Part shown: positions 44,871-55,104 of the stretch, in pieces
How positions within the stretch are numbered: the stretch's first letter is position 1
Layout of the letters: every line of letters starts with the position of its first letter
Assembly: GCA_046704725.1 (NCBI GenBank)
Contig: JBJKRI010000002.1
Location: 1 to 64,000 of the forward strand
Direction of reading: 5' to 3'
Source of the DNA: Candidatus Woesearchaeota archaeon
GTDB taxonomy: Archaea; Nanobdellota; Nanobdellia; Woesearchaeales; SKIA01
DNA length: 64,000 nt
Program-made: the position numbers and the translations under genes
Notes under the pieces: model-generated
The model's database searches: none
What the model saw: the letters and a program-made list of their open reading frames with translations, nothing else
Told to the model about the DNA's origin: nothing

Positions 44871-46064
44871 TTATGGACGCTGGGCCAGATCGTGGGAGAG
44901 CCGCACGAACACGCCGTTCGTCCAGCCGAAGCCGCGCTGCGTCGGGTAGCGCGCGGTCACGCCCACATCGCGTCGCACCACGTCGTACTTCTCCCAGAAC
45001 GCCCCGGTCTTGTGGAAGACCAGCGCGTTGAGGGCGAGCCATTTGCGCGCGATGCGTTCCGCGTCGGCGTCCAGGCCGTAGCGGAACAGTCCTTGCACGG
45101 CGAGGTAGTGGTGCGGCGCCCAGCCGTTCGGGAAGTCCCATTGCCGTTGCTCGACGGCGAGGTCGTCGGGCTGCGTGGTGGCCAGTCCGCCGGCGAACTC
45201 CAGTTGGGACAACGCGTCTCGCACGTGCGCGGCTTGCCGTTCGTCGGCCCAGCCCGCCCACAGTGGATAGACCGTCGCCAGCGACAGGAATGTGCTGCGC
45301 TTCCCGCGCTTGTAGTCGTAGTCGAAGAACGCTCCGCGCTCCTCGTCCCAGAACAGCTCGTTCATGGCTTTCTTCCTCCTTTCCGCTCGCGTCGCGTACT
45401 CTTCTGCCGCCCGCGGGTCTCCGAGGATGTCCATGAAGCCGGCGAGGTCTCGCTCGTAGCGGTAGAGCAGGCTGTTGAGGTCGACGGGAAGGTAGTCCAG
45501 GCAGATGTCGCCGAAGCGGCTTGTCATGTCCCAGCCGCTCTCGTGCTCTGCCATCGTGTGGGTGACCGAGTGGTCGCAATACCTGGAGAGTCCGCGGTGG
45601 ACCAGGTGCCGTTCGGGCCGCAATGATTCCATCCAGTAGCCGTCGAGCTCTTCCTTGGCGACCGCCACTGCTTCGCGGAGCCAGTCCGTGTCCCCGGTCG
45701 CTTGATAGACCTCCCTGATCATGCTCGTGAGGAACGGCGGTTGGCTCGTTCCCGTGTTGTAGATCCTGTTGCGCATGGGCACGATGCCGAAGATGCGGAA
45801 CAGGTGGAGCAGGTTGTCCACCATGCCGCGCGCCAATGACACGCGCCCTGACACGACAAGGCCGATGATGGTGAAGTAGCTGTCCCAGTAGAATTGCTGT
45901 CCTGCGAACGCGACGTCCGCGCATGGAGCGACGAACGGGCATGGCAGTCCGATGGTGATCCCGTGCGTGACCGGTGCCTCGAACGTGAGTGCGTCCCAGG
46001 TGCGCTCGATGTGCGCGCGTGCGTCCTCGTATGTGCGCTCAAGCGCTTCGCTTTCTGTTTCCAT
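44871..46064 (-). CDS. Alpha,alpha-trehalase (GH37)
   Basis: FYWDSYF, SQPPFL, ESGWD..SRF, PVDLNSLL, QWDFPNGWAP, EKYDV, GFGWTNGV. Confidence 0.93.
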   Translation of the reverse strand: METESEALERTYEDARAHIERTWDALTFEAPVTHGITIGLPCPFVAPCADVAFAGQQFYWDSYFTIIGLVVSGRVSLARGMVDNLLHLFRIFGIVPMRNRIYNTGTSQPPFLTSMIREVYQATGDTDWLREAVAVAKEELDGYWMESLRPERHLVHRGLSRYCDHSVTHTMAEHESGWDMTSRFGDICLDYLPVDLNSLLYRYERDLAGFMDILGDPRAAEEYATRAERRKKAMNELFWDEERGAFFDYDYKRGKRSTFLSLATVYPLWAGWADERQAAHVRDALSQLEFAGGLATTQPDDLAVEQRQWDFPNGWAPHHYLAVQGLFRYGLDADAERIARKWLALNALVFHKTGAFWEKYDVVRRDVGVTARYPTQRGFGWTNGVFVRLSHDLAQRP

Positions 46065-46611
46065 GTTGTCTGTGCAGGGCGCTCTTGGCGTCCATGTCGT
46101 TGCTGCGTACCACCCACGCTATCGCTTCGATGCGGGCCAGGACGGCCACCACCCAGACGACGCTGATCGCCCAGTCGCGGATGCCGAACCAGTAGATGAA
46201 GGGGAGCAGGAGGGTGAATGTCGCCATGCTCAGTTTTCCGCTGAGCAGGTGCGGGGTCGCGAGCGTCCTGGTGCGCGCGTACGACACGATCGCGAAGATG
46301 ATGAAGGTGAGCACGACGAGCAGCGCGAACGGTTGGTACGCCACGTAGAGTCCGGGCGCGATGAAGGTCAGCCACCAGACCGTCCCGAGGGTGAAGATCA
46401 TGTCGACGATGCCGTCGAGCCGAGCCCCGCGCGCCGATGCCGTGCCGTTCGCCCGCGCCGCCATGCCGTCGAACAGGTCGGTGGCAAGGGCGATGACGTA
46501 CACGATGACCGCTGCTTCTGTCATCCCCGCCAGGAATAATATGCTGATGGGGATGATCGCGACAAGCCGCGTCCAGGTGAGCGCATCGGCAAGGGAGGGA
46601 AATTGCGGCAT
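46039..46611 (-). CDS. CDP-alcohol phosphatidyltransferase family protein
   Basis: ALTWTRL, TDLFDGMAARANGTASARGARLDGIVD motif. Confidence 0.9.
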   Translation of the reverse strand: MPQFPSLADALTWTRLVAIIPISILFLAGMTEAAVIVYVIALATDLFDGMAARANGTASARGARLDGIVDMIFTLGTVWWLTFIAPGLYVAYQPFALLVVLTFIIFAIVSYARTRTLATPHLLSGKLSMATFTLLLPFIYWFGIRDWAISVVWVVAVLARIEAIAWVVRSNDMDAKSALHRQHGNRKRSA

Positions 46612-46774
46612 TTTCCATACTGGGATACACTCCTTTAAAAACTTGTATTTTTTCGGTCATGGCGAATAGCTCTTCTCAAGGCTGTTCGCCGCTCGGATAG
46701 GGCTGTTTTCCGGCGCCCGTTGCACTGGACACGCGGCCAAAAACCCTTATAAGGCGTCTTCCTGTCTCGAGCGC

Positions 46775-47563
46775 ATGGCGCGGATGCAGTCCCCCTCCTC
46801 CATCAACACCTACAAGCAATGCCCGCGCAAGTATTACTATCGTTACATCAAGCGCTTGCCCTCGAAACCGAGCATCCATCTCGTGCGCGGCACGGTCGCG
46901 CACAGCGTGCTCGAGCACTTCTTCGACGAGCCCATCGAGGCGGTCGGCGACTGGCGGACCAACCTGCAGTACCACGCCTTGCGCCTGCTCGAGCACTTCT
47001 GGGACGCGCACGCGAAAGAGTTCGACAGCCTCGAGGAGACCCCCGAGGAATTGTCCGCGTACAAGGAGGAGACCAAGCGCATGATCCTGCGCTGGGTGCA
47101 GGACTTCACCGAGCGTATCGCAAAACGCATGGACGAAGGCGAATCCTTCGAGGACGCGTTCGCCTTCCTGACGCCCCGCCGCGAGCAGGAATACCGCGAC
47201 GAGGAGCTCAACGTGCGCGGCTACATCGACGCCATCGAGGAGGAGGGCGACCGCGTCGTCCTCATGGACTACAAGACCTCCAAGCGCCCGGAGATCACGC
47301 CCGAGTACCGGTTGCAGCTCGCCATCTACGCGCTCTTGTACCTGCGGCGCCACAGCAAATTGCCCGCGGAGGTCGGCATCCACTTCCTGCGCCACGATCG
47401 ACAGGTCATGCGCGTCAACGACGAGCTCTTGCTGGAGGCGCAGTTCGAGATCGAGCAGGTCCACATGCTCACCCAGAGCACTGACATCGATGACTATCCC
47501 AAGAGCCCCTCGCCGCTGTGCAACTGGTGCGACTACTACGAGAAGTGCTTTCCCAAGCGATAG
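46775..47563 (+). CDS. RecB/AddB/Cas4-like PD-(D/E)XK nuclease with four Fe-S cysteines
   Basis: SPSSINTYKQCPRKYY, GYIDAI, MDYKTS, QLAIYA, LCNWCDYYEKC. Confidence 0.92.
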   Translation: MARMQSPSSINTYKQCPRKYYYRYIKRLPSKPSIHLVRGTVAHSVLEHFFDEPIEAVGDWRTNLQYHALRLLEHFWDAHAKEFDSLEETPEELSAYKEETKRMILRWVQDFTERIAKRMDEGESFEDAFAFLTPRREQEYRDEELNVRGYIDAIEEEGDRVVLMDYKTSKRPEITPEYRLQLAIYALLYLRRHSKLPAEVGIHFLRHDRQVMRVNDELLLEAQFEIEQVHMLTQSTDIDDYPKSPSPLCNWCDYYEKCFPKR

Positions 47564-47647
47564 ATGTTCTGCTTCCCATGGCCGTACAGACCTTCATCGG
47601 GAAGAGGTGGTGAAAACAGTTAAGAAGCCCGCATCCCTTCCGGATAG

Positions 47648-48193
47648 ATGCGTCCAATCAATCCCGACGGGCTCGCGTACCGGACGCTCGCTTTCATCGG
47701 TGCGCGAAAGCATCCCCTGTACAGCGATCTGGAAAGCGCTATCTTCTCGGTGGAGTACAGGCTGCAGAACGTTCCGGTCGACTCCGACGGGAACGCGCGG
47801 CCGCCCAGTCTGCACACGCTCGACGAACAGGGCAAGACCATCTCCGTCGTGAATCTGCACCGGTTGACCGACGCGGCGGCGAGCGTGCGTCGTGCGTCGC
47901 GCTGGGAGCGGGTCATGGCCGCCGGTTTCTCCGTGGCGACAGCAGCCGCGCTCTACCTGGGAGCGCACGTGGGTGACACCTACTCGGGCATAGCGGCCGC
48001 GGTGGCTGTTTCCGCGACAAAGCTCATCGTCACATCCGAGTATCGGCGCGTGACGCTCGACGCGCCCATCCGTGCGTACGAGGATGCCGATGCCTTGCTG
48101 CGGGGCCTCGGTCCATATCCGGACGGTCCCCGACCGCCGAACGGAGGGATACCCGCTCCGTTGCCGGAAGACACCCTCGGTTGGGCTGCCTGA
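47648..48193 (+). CDS. Hypothetical membrane protein
   Basis: Two adjacent hydrophobic helices. Confidence 0.5.
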   Translation: MRPINPDGLAYRTLAFIGARKHPLYSDLESAIFSVEYRLQNVPVDSDGNARPPSLHTLDEQGKTISVVNLHRLTDAAASVRRASRWERVMAAGFSVATAAALYLGAHVGDTYSGIAAAVAVSATKLIVTSEYRRVTLDAPIRAYEDADALLRGLGPYPDGPRPPNGGIPAPLPEDTLGWAA

Positions 48194-48195
48194 AG

Positions 48196-48828
48196 CTATT
48201 CCCTCTCGAGGATCTCGACCTTGACCTTCGCGGCCTTCTTGAAGGCCTCGGCGTCGCTCGCATCCCCGATGAAGCTGCCCCAGTGCATGGGGATCGCCAC
48301 TTTGGGCTTGATCGTGTCCGCCGCCTTCGCGGCCTCCTCGGGATTCATCACGTAGGTCCCCGACACGGGGAGCAACGCGACGTCGCATTCCACATCCGCC
48401 ATCTCGGGGATGTTGTCCGAATCCCCGGAGTGGTAGACGCGTACCCCGCCGACCGTGACGACATAGCCGATCCAGCCGTTCTCCTTGGGATGGAACTTCT
48501 TGTTCGCGTTGTACGCCGGAACTGCTTCCACTGTGACATCGCCGAGCTCTATCGTGTCGCCGGCCTTCATGCCGCGCACGGTCCCGGGAAGGTCGTGCAG
48601 CTTCTCTGTGCAGTCCGACGGGCACACGATGACGGTATCGTCTGTCGCGATCTTGTCGATGTCCTCTATGCTGAGATGGTCGTAGTGGTCGTGCGTGACG
48701 AGCACGTACCGCGCGTTGGGCCGTCCCCTGCCGATCTGGTACGGGTCGATATAGATATTGGTCTCTTCGGCGTTCAGCAGGAAGCCGGCGTGCCCGAGCC
48801 ACGTGATGGAGATGCCCTCGAAGTCCAT
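48196..48828 (-). CDS. MBL-fold metallo-hydrolase
   Basis: WLGHAGF, VTHDHYDH, YHSGDS, AIPMHWG. Confidence 0.93.
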   Translation of the reverse strand: MDFEGISITWLGHAGFLLNAEETNIYIDPYQIGRGRPNARYVLVTHDHYDHLSIEDIDKIATDDTVIVCPSDCTEKLHDLPGTVRGMKAGDTIELGDVTVEAVPAYNANKKFHPKENGWIGYVVTVGGVRVYHSGDSDNIPEMADVECDVALLPVSGTYVMNPEEAAKAADTIKPKVAIPMHWGSFIGDASDAEAFKKAAKVKVEILERE

Positions 48829-48851
48829 ATCTTGGCCGAGAGCGGCGCCCC

Positions 48852-49415
48852 TTAAGTATTTTTTCGTCCGGAGCGGTCGTATCGGACCTGCTCGATGTGC
48901 TGGACGTGATATTTGATGCTGTCGTACTTCTTGCGAAGCGCTCCGGTCAGGTGCAAGGGCGTGAGCGCTCCCTCGAAGGCGCGCGCGACCTGCCAGCAGC
49001 GTTCCACGCGCGCGTCGTCATGGTCGATCGCGGCGCGCACGGCCACGCGCGCGAGCTCTCCGGCGAAGTCGCACACACCGCCGAGATAGGCGGTCGTCGA
49101 CACGCCCAACCGGTCCTTGTCGGGCAGCTCCTCGTCCTTGAGGAACGCGAGCAGCAATCCTGCCTCTGCGTACTCCTCGAGCGCCGCGTGGTACGCCCCG
49201 ACATCCTCCGGCGTCTTTCCGGGCGCCCCGTCCTTCGCGCTCTTCGCGCGCTCCAACGCCTGCGACGCCTCGTCACCTTTCCCTTCGTGCGAGAGGAATA
49301 TCGCGGTCTTGGATTCGCGCCGGATGGTCCGCGACAATGCGATGAGCCGTTCGCGGTCGGCGTCCTGCGCCTCCAGCTCGGAGGCGATGCCCGAGAAGTC
49401 AGGGATGCCTGTCAT
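48852..49415 (-). CDS. Translin/TRAX-family protein
   Basis: RERLIALSRTIRRESKTAI, EEYAEA, YLGGVCDFAGELAR, LRKKYD. Confidence 0.88.
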   Translation of the reverse strand: MTGIPDFSGIASELEAQDADRERLIALSRTIRRESKTAIFLSHEGKGDEASQALERAKSAKDGAPGKTPEDVGAYHAALEEYAEAGLLLAFLKDEELPDKDRLGVSTTAYLGGVCDFAGELARVAVRAAIDHDDARVERCWQVARAFEGALTPLHLTGALRKKYDSIKYHVQHIEQVRYDRSGRKNT

Positions 49416-49536
49416 GCCTCTGTCATGCCATCCGCCTTTTTTAAGGGCTCTGCTTGCCACTCCCCACTCGCCCGTGATGCATTCCGTGAGGGGAACGGAC
49501 GATACGTTTAAATACGGTCTTCCCAGGAGAGAAGCC

Positions 49537-50079
49537 ATGTCCGTCTTCCAGAACGCCATCGCGTTCTTCGTCAATCTCGGCGTCTACGACGTCGTGCTGC
49601 CCTTCTTGCTCGTCTTCACCTTGATGTACTCGATGCTCGAGAAGACCAAGGTATTGGGCACCTATAAGGAGGAGGCCAAGCACAGCCTCAACGCCATGGC
49701 CGCCTTCGTCACGGGCTTCCTGGTCATCGCCTCCACGCAATTGGTGCGCACCATCAACACGGTGCTCGCCGACAGCGTCCTCCTGCTCTTGCTCTCCGTG
49801 CTCTTCTTGATGCTCGTGGGCAGCTTTCAGGGCTCGGACGAGTTCAAGCTCAGCGGCACGTGGAAGAACATCTTCATGGTCATCATCTTCGTGGGTCTCC
49901 TGCTCATCTTCCTCAACGCGTTGGGTTGGTTGCAGGCGGCCTGGAACTACATGCTCGGTAATCTGGACGGGCCGATCGTGGGCAGTTTCGCCCTGCTCGT
50001 GGTCGTCATCGGCGGCATGGTCTGGCTGACCAAGCCGCCCGGGGACGGCAAGCCCAAGGGAAACAAGGACAAAAGTTAA
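49537..50079 (+). CDS. Multi-TM membrane protein (paralog 1 of 3)
   Basis: LGVYDVVLPFLLVFTLMYSMLEKTKVLG motif. Confidence 0.82.
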   Translation: MSVFQNAIAFFVNLGVYDVVLPFLLVFTLMYSMLEKTKVLGTYKEEAKHSLNAMAAFVTGFLVIASTQLVRTINTVLADSVLLLLLSVLFLMLVGSFQGSDEFKLSGTWKNIFMVIIFVGLLLIFLNALGWLQAAWNYMLGNLDGPIVGSFALLVVVIGGMVWLTKPPGDGKPKGNKDKS

Positions 50080-50107
50080 TTAAAGGGAGGATTGGAGGAG
50101 AACACGT

Positions 50108-50731
50108 ATGATCGTCGCGGATTGGATTGTCTGGTTGCAGAGCATCGGTTTGGGAGACGTCATCATCCCGTTCTTCCTCGTCTTCGCCATCGCGTTCGCG
50201 GTGCTCACGAGGAGCAAGATCCTCGGCGAGCCGAGGGTGGCCAAGAAGTTCAACGCGATCATCAGCCTCGCGCTCGGCTTCGCCGTCGTGGTCCCGCACA
50301 TCCTCTGGGGTAACCCGAACCCCGCGAACCCGTACCTCGCCACCGGTATGGTGGATATCGTCAAGCTCATCAACAACAGCCTGCCCCAGGTCGCCGTCGT
50401 CATCGTCGGCATCATGATGCTCTTGCTCATGATCGGCGCGTTCGGCGTGCGCTGGAAGGTCGGCGAGAGCGGCGTCGGACCCATCGTCGTCATCGCGAGC
50501 ATCGCGATCGTCGTCTACATCTTCGGCACGAACGCCGGCTGGTTCAACCACGGTCGGTTCCCGCCATTACTGTATTGGTTATCGAATCCCCAGACAGCGA
50601 TGCTGCTCGTCACGCTCCTCGTGTTCGGCGTGATCATGTGGCTCATCACGCGTGATGACGAGCCCAAGCCAAACCAGAAATCGTTCATGGAGAACATGAA
50701 GGAAATGTTCAAGACGGAGGACTATAAGTAG
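50108..50731 (+). CDS. Multi-TM membrane protein (paralog 2 of 3)
   Basis: IGLGDVIIPFFLVFAIAFAVLTRSKILG; GGAGGAG SD. Confidence 0.82.
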   Translation: MIVADWIVWLQSIGLGDVIIPFFLVFAIAFAVLTRSKILGEPRVAKKFNAIISLALGFAVVVPHILWGNPNPANPYLATGMVDIVKLINNSLPQVAVVIVGIMMLLLMIGAFGVRWKVGESGVGPIVVIASIAIVVYIFGTNAGWFNHGRFPPLLYWLSNPQTAMLLVTLLVFGVIMWLITRDDEPKPNQKSFMENMKEMFKTEDYK

Positions 50732-50737
50732 AGGATC

Positions 50738-51373
50738 ATGGCGACGGTCCTCGACTTCAGTATCCTCGGCAGCCTCTCGGTAGTCTTCGTCTTCCTCGCG
50801 GTCTTCATCGGCGCTTGGGGATTGCTCAGCACGACCGACATGCTCGGTCTCAAGGACAAGAAGAGCGTGTACGCCGTGCTCGCGCTGGCCATCGCTTTCC
50901 TCGTCGTCCTCTCGCAGAACGTCCTCAACCTGGTGGCGTTCACCATGCCGTGGTTCGCCGTCCTCACCTTCGTCGGCTTCTTCATGCTCTTCTTCGCGAA
51001 GATGTTCAATCCGAACCTCAACGGCGCAGAGCTCATCAGGAAGAGCGAGGTGCATGGTTTCCTCATCTTCTTCACGGCGATCATCGTCATCTTCGGCCTC
51101 GCGAACTCCTTCGGGCAGCAGCTCCTCGAGAAACAACCAGGAGTGACGACGGCCGACCAGATATCGGGCAACACGATGCCGACGAACACGTTCGTCCCCG
51201 TCAATCAATCGAGCGCGACCAACGCCTCGAACACGGCGTCGACCACCGCGCCCAGCACCGGCAATATCGGTTCGAACATAGTGCTCACTATATTCAATCC
51301 GAAGATACTGGGCATGCTCTTCATGATGTTGCTGGGCACGGTCACCATCCTGCTCATCGCGCGCAACAACTGA
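50738..51373 (+). CDS. Multi-TM membrane protein (paralog 3 of 3)
   Basis: VFVFLAVFIGAWGLLSTTDMLG; GAGG SD. Confidence 0.8.
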   Translation: MATVLDFSILGSLSVVFVFLAVFIGAWGLLSTTDMLGLKDKKSVYAVLALAIAFLVVLSQNVLNLVAFTMPWFAVLTFVGFFMLFFAKMFNPNLNGAELIRKSEVHGFLIFFTAIIVIFGLANSFGQQLLEKQPGVTTADQISGNTMPTNTFVPVNQSSATNASNTASTTAPSTGNIGSNIVLTIFNPKILGMLFMMLLGTVTILLIARNN

Positions 51374-51397
51374 TATCGGTGAGAATTCTCCGGAGGG

Positions 51398-52009
51398 TCA
51401 GCGGCTCTTGCGTTCCATCTTCTCGGTGATGTCCGACAACTGCTTGACGTTGTCGGTGAACACCGGCAAGACCTTGCTGAACACTTTTTCCATCGCCTTG
51501 ATCTCGGCGCCGACCTCGAGGATGTTCTTGTCGTAGGTCTCGATCTTGCCGATGAGAGCGGCTTGCAGTATATCGAAGCGGTCCTAGAGGTCAGCGACTA
51601 CCTGTGATAATGTGGTGAGCCGCTGCTCGGAACGGTTCTTCCAATCGACCACTTTCTGGATGTCTCCTTCGAGCTCCGCCCATTTCTCGTCGATGATGGC
51701 CTCCACATACTCTTCGGTGGACACGTCGACAGAGCCGTGCGACGGGGGCGCCATCGGCGGGGATTGCGGGCTCATCTGCGGTGCCATGGGCTCTGCGGCC
51801 ATGGGCGGCGGAGCCGGTTCTGAAGGCGGTGCGCCCGGCGCTGGCGGTGCATCAGGCATCCCGCCGTCGGGCGTGCTCGCCTGGTTGAGCGCGTCGAAGA
51901 TCTGCGATGAGGAGTAGCCGTCGTGCTGGAGCACGTCGATGACCTGGCTGTTGGTGTAGCCTTGCCCCTTGAGCTGCTGCACCTTTGCTGTGGGGATGTC
52001 GTCTGCCAT
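51398..52009 (-). pseudogene. Pro-rich/coiled-coil protein with an in-frame TAG at 51584-51586
   Basis: EEYVEAIIDEKW...VVADL*DRFDILQAALIGKIETYDKNILEVGAEIKAMEKVFSKVLP continues in frame to TGA at 51398. Confidence 0.75.
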
Positions 52010-52049
52010 GCTCACCTCTGTATTCCAATCCGGCCGCTCGTTTAAAAAG

Positions 52050-52415
52050 TTATCTTGCCTGTTCCAGGAGTCGCTGGGCCTCTTCCCGCGTCAGGTAGCG
52101 CACGGGGTCCCACATCTCGAGGTACTTGCGCAGCACCAACACCTCTTGGCGGGGCGCCGCCCCCTTCACCTCCTCGAGGAAGCGGTCCATCTTCTCATCT
52201 ATCTCGAGCAGCTTGCGGTAGAGCGCTTTCACGTCCTCCGCCAATCGCGCCAACTCGTTGCGCAAATCCTTCTCGGCGGCGATGAGGTTCTCGTCCGTCA
52301 ATTGCCCTTTCCGTCGCAGGACGGTGTATCGCTCCTCGAGCACGCGCATGCGCCGCGACAGGTCCGACAGTCCCTGCGCGAACGGCGAGGGTCCCTGCAC
52401 GGGTTTCTGGGCCAT
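52050..52415 (-). CDS. Coiled-coil hypothetical protein
   Basis: RRMRVLEERYTVLRRK...LRKYLEMWDPVRYLTREE. Confidence 0.75.
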   Translation of the reverse strand: MAQKPVQGPSPFAQGLSDLSRRMRVLEERYTVLRRKGQLTDENLIAAEKDLRNELARLAEDVKALYRKLLEIDEKMDRFLEEVKGAAPRQEVLVLRKYLEMWDPVRYLTREEAQRLLEQAR

Positions 52416-52485
52416 GCCCTTCCTGCTCGATATCGCTTCTTAAAGCTGCCGGAAGCCACAAGAACACGGCCCTCGTCCTGCCGGC

Positions 52486-52770
52486 ATGGAACGCTGCGTC
52501 GTGGATGGTTGCGCAAACCCTCCGCTCTATCGGTTGTCTTTCCAGTACCGTGTCTCCGGACGCATCGAGATCGAGCATCTCGCGGTCTGCAAACACATCT
52601 TGCACATGGTGCGCCCGTGCATCTCTGGCATGCCCGTGAGCGCCTCGTACCTCTCATCGCGGACCACCGCTCCCGAGGCGCTCCGGACCATCGAGGAACG
52701 CGTCTCGTCGATGACTGAACGCGAGAAGGGCTATCTCGGAAAGCACATGCCCCTGCGCCGGAACGCTTAA
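52486..52770 (+). CDS. Hypothetical protein, possible Zn-binding
   Basis: CVVDGC...CKH. Confidence 0.45.
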   Translation: MERCVVDGCANPPLYRLSFQYRVSGRIEIEHLAVCKHILHMVRPCISGMPVSASYLSSRTTAPEALRTIEERVSSMTEREKGYLGKHMPLRRNA

Positions 52771-52806
52771 AAGGCATCCTGGCGAGGAACGGATGGAAGA
52801 GGGAGC

Positions 52807-55104
52807 ATGGCGACAGGATTCTCGTACGAGGTGGTCCGACAAGGGCAGGATACCATCCTGCTCGTGGACGCGGAGAAAGCGCTCATCGTCCCGAGCATCG
52901 AGGACAATCCCGAGTGCATGGCCGAAGCGGTCGACCAGCTCGTGGAGAACAGGGGTGTCACCAAGATCGTCTACACGCAGAAGCAGGACTACGAGTATCC
53001 CTACGACCAGACCCAATTGCTCGCCGAGCTCGCGAAGACGTACCGCGTCCTCGTCCACGAGAAGCACGCGACATACCAGGCCTTGCAGGTGCCGGGCATC
53101 TCCGAACAGGTCGCGAGCCAGCGCTACGCCTTCCTGCAGGATATCATCCACAACGAGCTCACGCGCGACCCCCTCGGCGCGTATCTCTTGCTCCGCCGCG
53201 AACAGCGAAAAGCCACGATCGCGCGCGACAAGAGCATCAGCGACGCCGACGAGAAGGGATGGAAGGTCTATATCACCGCATTGGAGCGCATCATGGGATT
53301 GCTCGAGAAGACCGCGCTCATCCAGCAGGTCAAAGACCAGCTCGAAGGGGTGTCGGTCGGCGACCGTTCCTTGTACCGCAAGGTGTTCTTCCCGCAGATC
53401 AAGCCCGACTTCATGTTCACCAAGGTCATGGCGCAGTACCCGCGCGGCGGTCAGGAGGTGGATTCCTACGCCGTCGGCGAGACCGAGGTCGTCGTCTTCA
53501 AATTGCCGGACACCGTGCAGTACCTCTATCACGTCACGCCCCCCGAGTTCAAACTGCCCGAGGAGCAGTACGACCTGCTCGACACCGCGCGCAAGATACT
53601 GTCCGAGCACAAGCCTACCGAGGACGACTTCGTCGACCCCGAACGCATGCGCGACGTCTTCGCGAACGTGGGCAGCGACCTGCTCGAGGAGCTCGCGCTC
53701 AAGCGCGACATGGAACTGTCCGAGGAGGAGCTCGAGAAGCTCACGCGCATCCTCATCCGCTACACCGTGGGCTTCGGGCTCATCGAGGTCCTCCTGGAGG
53801 ACCCGCGCATCCAGGACATCACCGTGAACAGCCCGACCGGGCGCACGCCCATCTATCTCGTGCACGACACCTACGAGGATTGCCTGACCAACATCCTGCC
53901 GACGATCCCCGAGGTCGAGTCGTGGGCGTCCAAGCTCCGCATGATCAGCGGCCGGCCCCTCGACGAGGCCAATCCCGTGTTGGACGCGGACATCACGATC
54001 CCTGGCGCCGCGAAAGCGCGTGTCGGCGCCATCGGACGACCGTTGGATCCCGGCGGGCTCGCCTTCGCCTTCCGACGACACCGCGACAAGCCATGGACGT
54101 TTCCGTTGTTCATCGACAACGGCATGATCAGTCCCCTCGCCGCCGGACTGCTCTCGTTTCTCATCGACGGCAACCGCACCTTCCTCATCGCCGGCACCCG
54201 CAGCGCGGGCAAGTCATCGCTCCTGGGCAGCTGCATGGTTGAGATCATGCGCAAGTACCGCATCATCACCATCGAGGACACCCTCGAGCTTCCCGGACCG
54301 CAGTTGCAGGACCTGGGCTTCAACCTCCAGCAGATGAAGGTCGCCTCCGCGTTGGCCAAGGGCTCGTCGGAGGTCCCTGCGGACGAGGGCATCAGAACGA
54401 CGTTGCGCTTGGGCGACAGCGCTCTCATCGTGGGCGAGGTGCGCAGCGAGGAGGCCCGCGCCCTCTACGAGGCCATGCGTGTCGGCGCGTTGGCCAACGT
54501 GGTCGCGGGCACTATCCACGGCGACAGTCCCTACGGTGTGTACGACCGCGTCGTCAACGACCTGCGCGTGCCGCGGACCAGCTTCAAGGCCACCGATATC
54601 ATCGTGGTCGCGAACCCTGTCCGCTCGGCCGACGGCCTGCATCGTGTGCGTCGCGTCACCGAGATCGCCGAGGTGCGAAAGCTTTGGGAGGAGGACCCGC
54701 TCGAGGAGAACGGCTTCGTCTCGTTGATGCGCTACAATCCGGAGACGGATACCCTCGAGCCGACCGACGCGCTCATCAACGGCGAGTCCGAGATCATCAA
54801 GGCCATCGCCGGCGCGGTGCGCGAGTGGGCTGGTGATTGGAGCGCGGTCTGGGAGGAGATCCAGCTGCGTGCGGAGCAGAAAGCGATGATCGTGCAGGCG
54901 GCGCGCGACGACAACGAACCGTCGTACCTGGAGGCGCCTTTTGTCATCGCGGCCAGCGACGCGTTCCACCGCATCAGCGAGGAGGCCCGCGCGCAGTCGA
55001 AAGAGAATGTATCGGAGAGGATAAAGCGTGAGTTCACCATATGGCTCGAAAGGGCGCGGCAGCAGCCTCGACAACCTGAAGCAAGAAGTCGAGCAGCGGC
55101 TTAA
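52807..55104 (+). CDS. Type II/IV secretion (pilus-assembly) ATPase, VirB11/CpaF/FlaI-like
   Basis: IAGTRSAGKSS, ITIEDTLEL, LRLGDSALIVGEVRSEEA, GTIHGDS. Confidence 0.93.
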   Translation: MATGFSYEVVRQGQDTILLVDAEKALIVPSIEDNPECMAEAVDQLVENRGVTKIVYTQKQDYEYPYDQTQLLAELAKTYRVLVHEKHATYQALQVPGISEQVASQRYAFLQDIIHNELTRDPLGAYLLLRREQRKATIARDKSISDADEKGWKVYITALERIMGLLEKTALIQQVKDQLEGVSVGDRSLYRKVFFPQIKPDFMFTKVMAQYPRGGQEVDSYAVGETEVVVFKLPDTVQYLYHVTPPEFKLPEEQYDLLDTARKILSEHKPTEDDFVDPERMRDVFANVGSDLLEELALKRDMELSEEELEKLTRILIRYTVGFGLIEVLLEDPRIQDITVNSPTGRTPIYLVHDTYEDCLTNILPTIPEVESWASKLRMISGRPLDEANPVLDADITIPGAAKARVGAIGRPLDPGGLAFAFRRHRDKPWTFPLFIDNGMISPLAAGLLSFLIDGNRTFLIAGTRSAGKSSLLGSCMVEIMRKYRIITIEDTLELPGPQLQDLGFNLQQMKVASALAKGSSEVPADEGIRTTLRLGDSALIVGEVRSEEARALYEAMRVGALANVVAGTIHGDSPYGVYDRVVNDLRVPRTSFKATDIIVVANPVRSADGLHRVRRVTEIAEVRKLWEEDPLEENGFVSLMRYNPETDTLEPTDALINGESEIIKAIAGAVREWAGDWSAVWEEIQLRAEQKAMIVQAARDDNEPSYLEAPFVIAASDAFHRISEEARAQSKENVSERIKREFTIWLERARQQPRQPEARSRAAA

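Noticed and set aside
51584-51586. Genome-wide TAG reassignment
   Set aside because: Several conserved genes in the window end at TAG at their expected C-termini.
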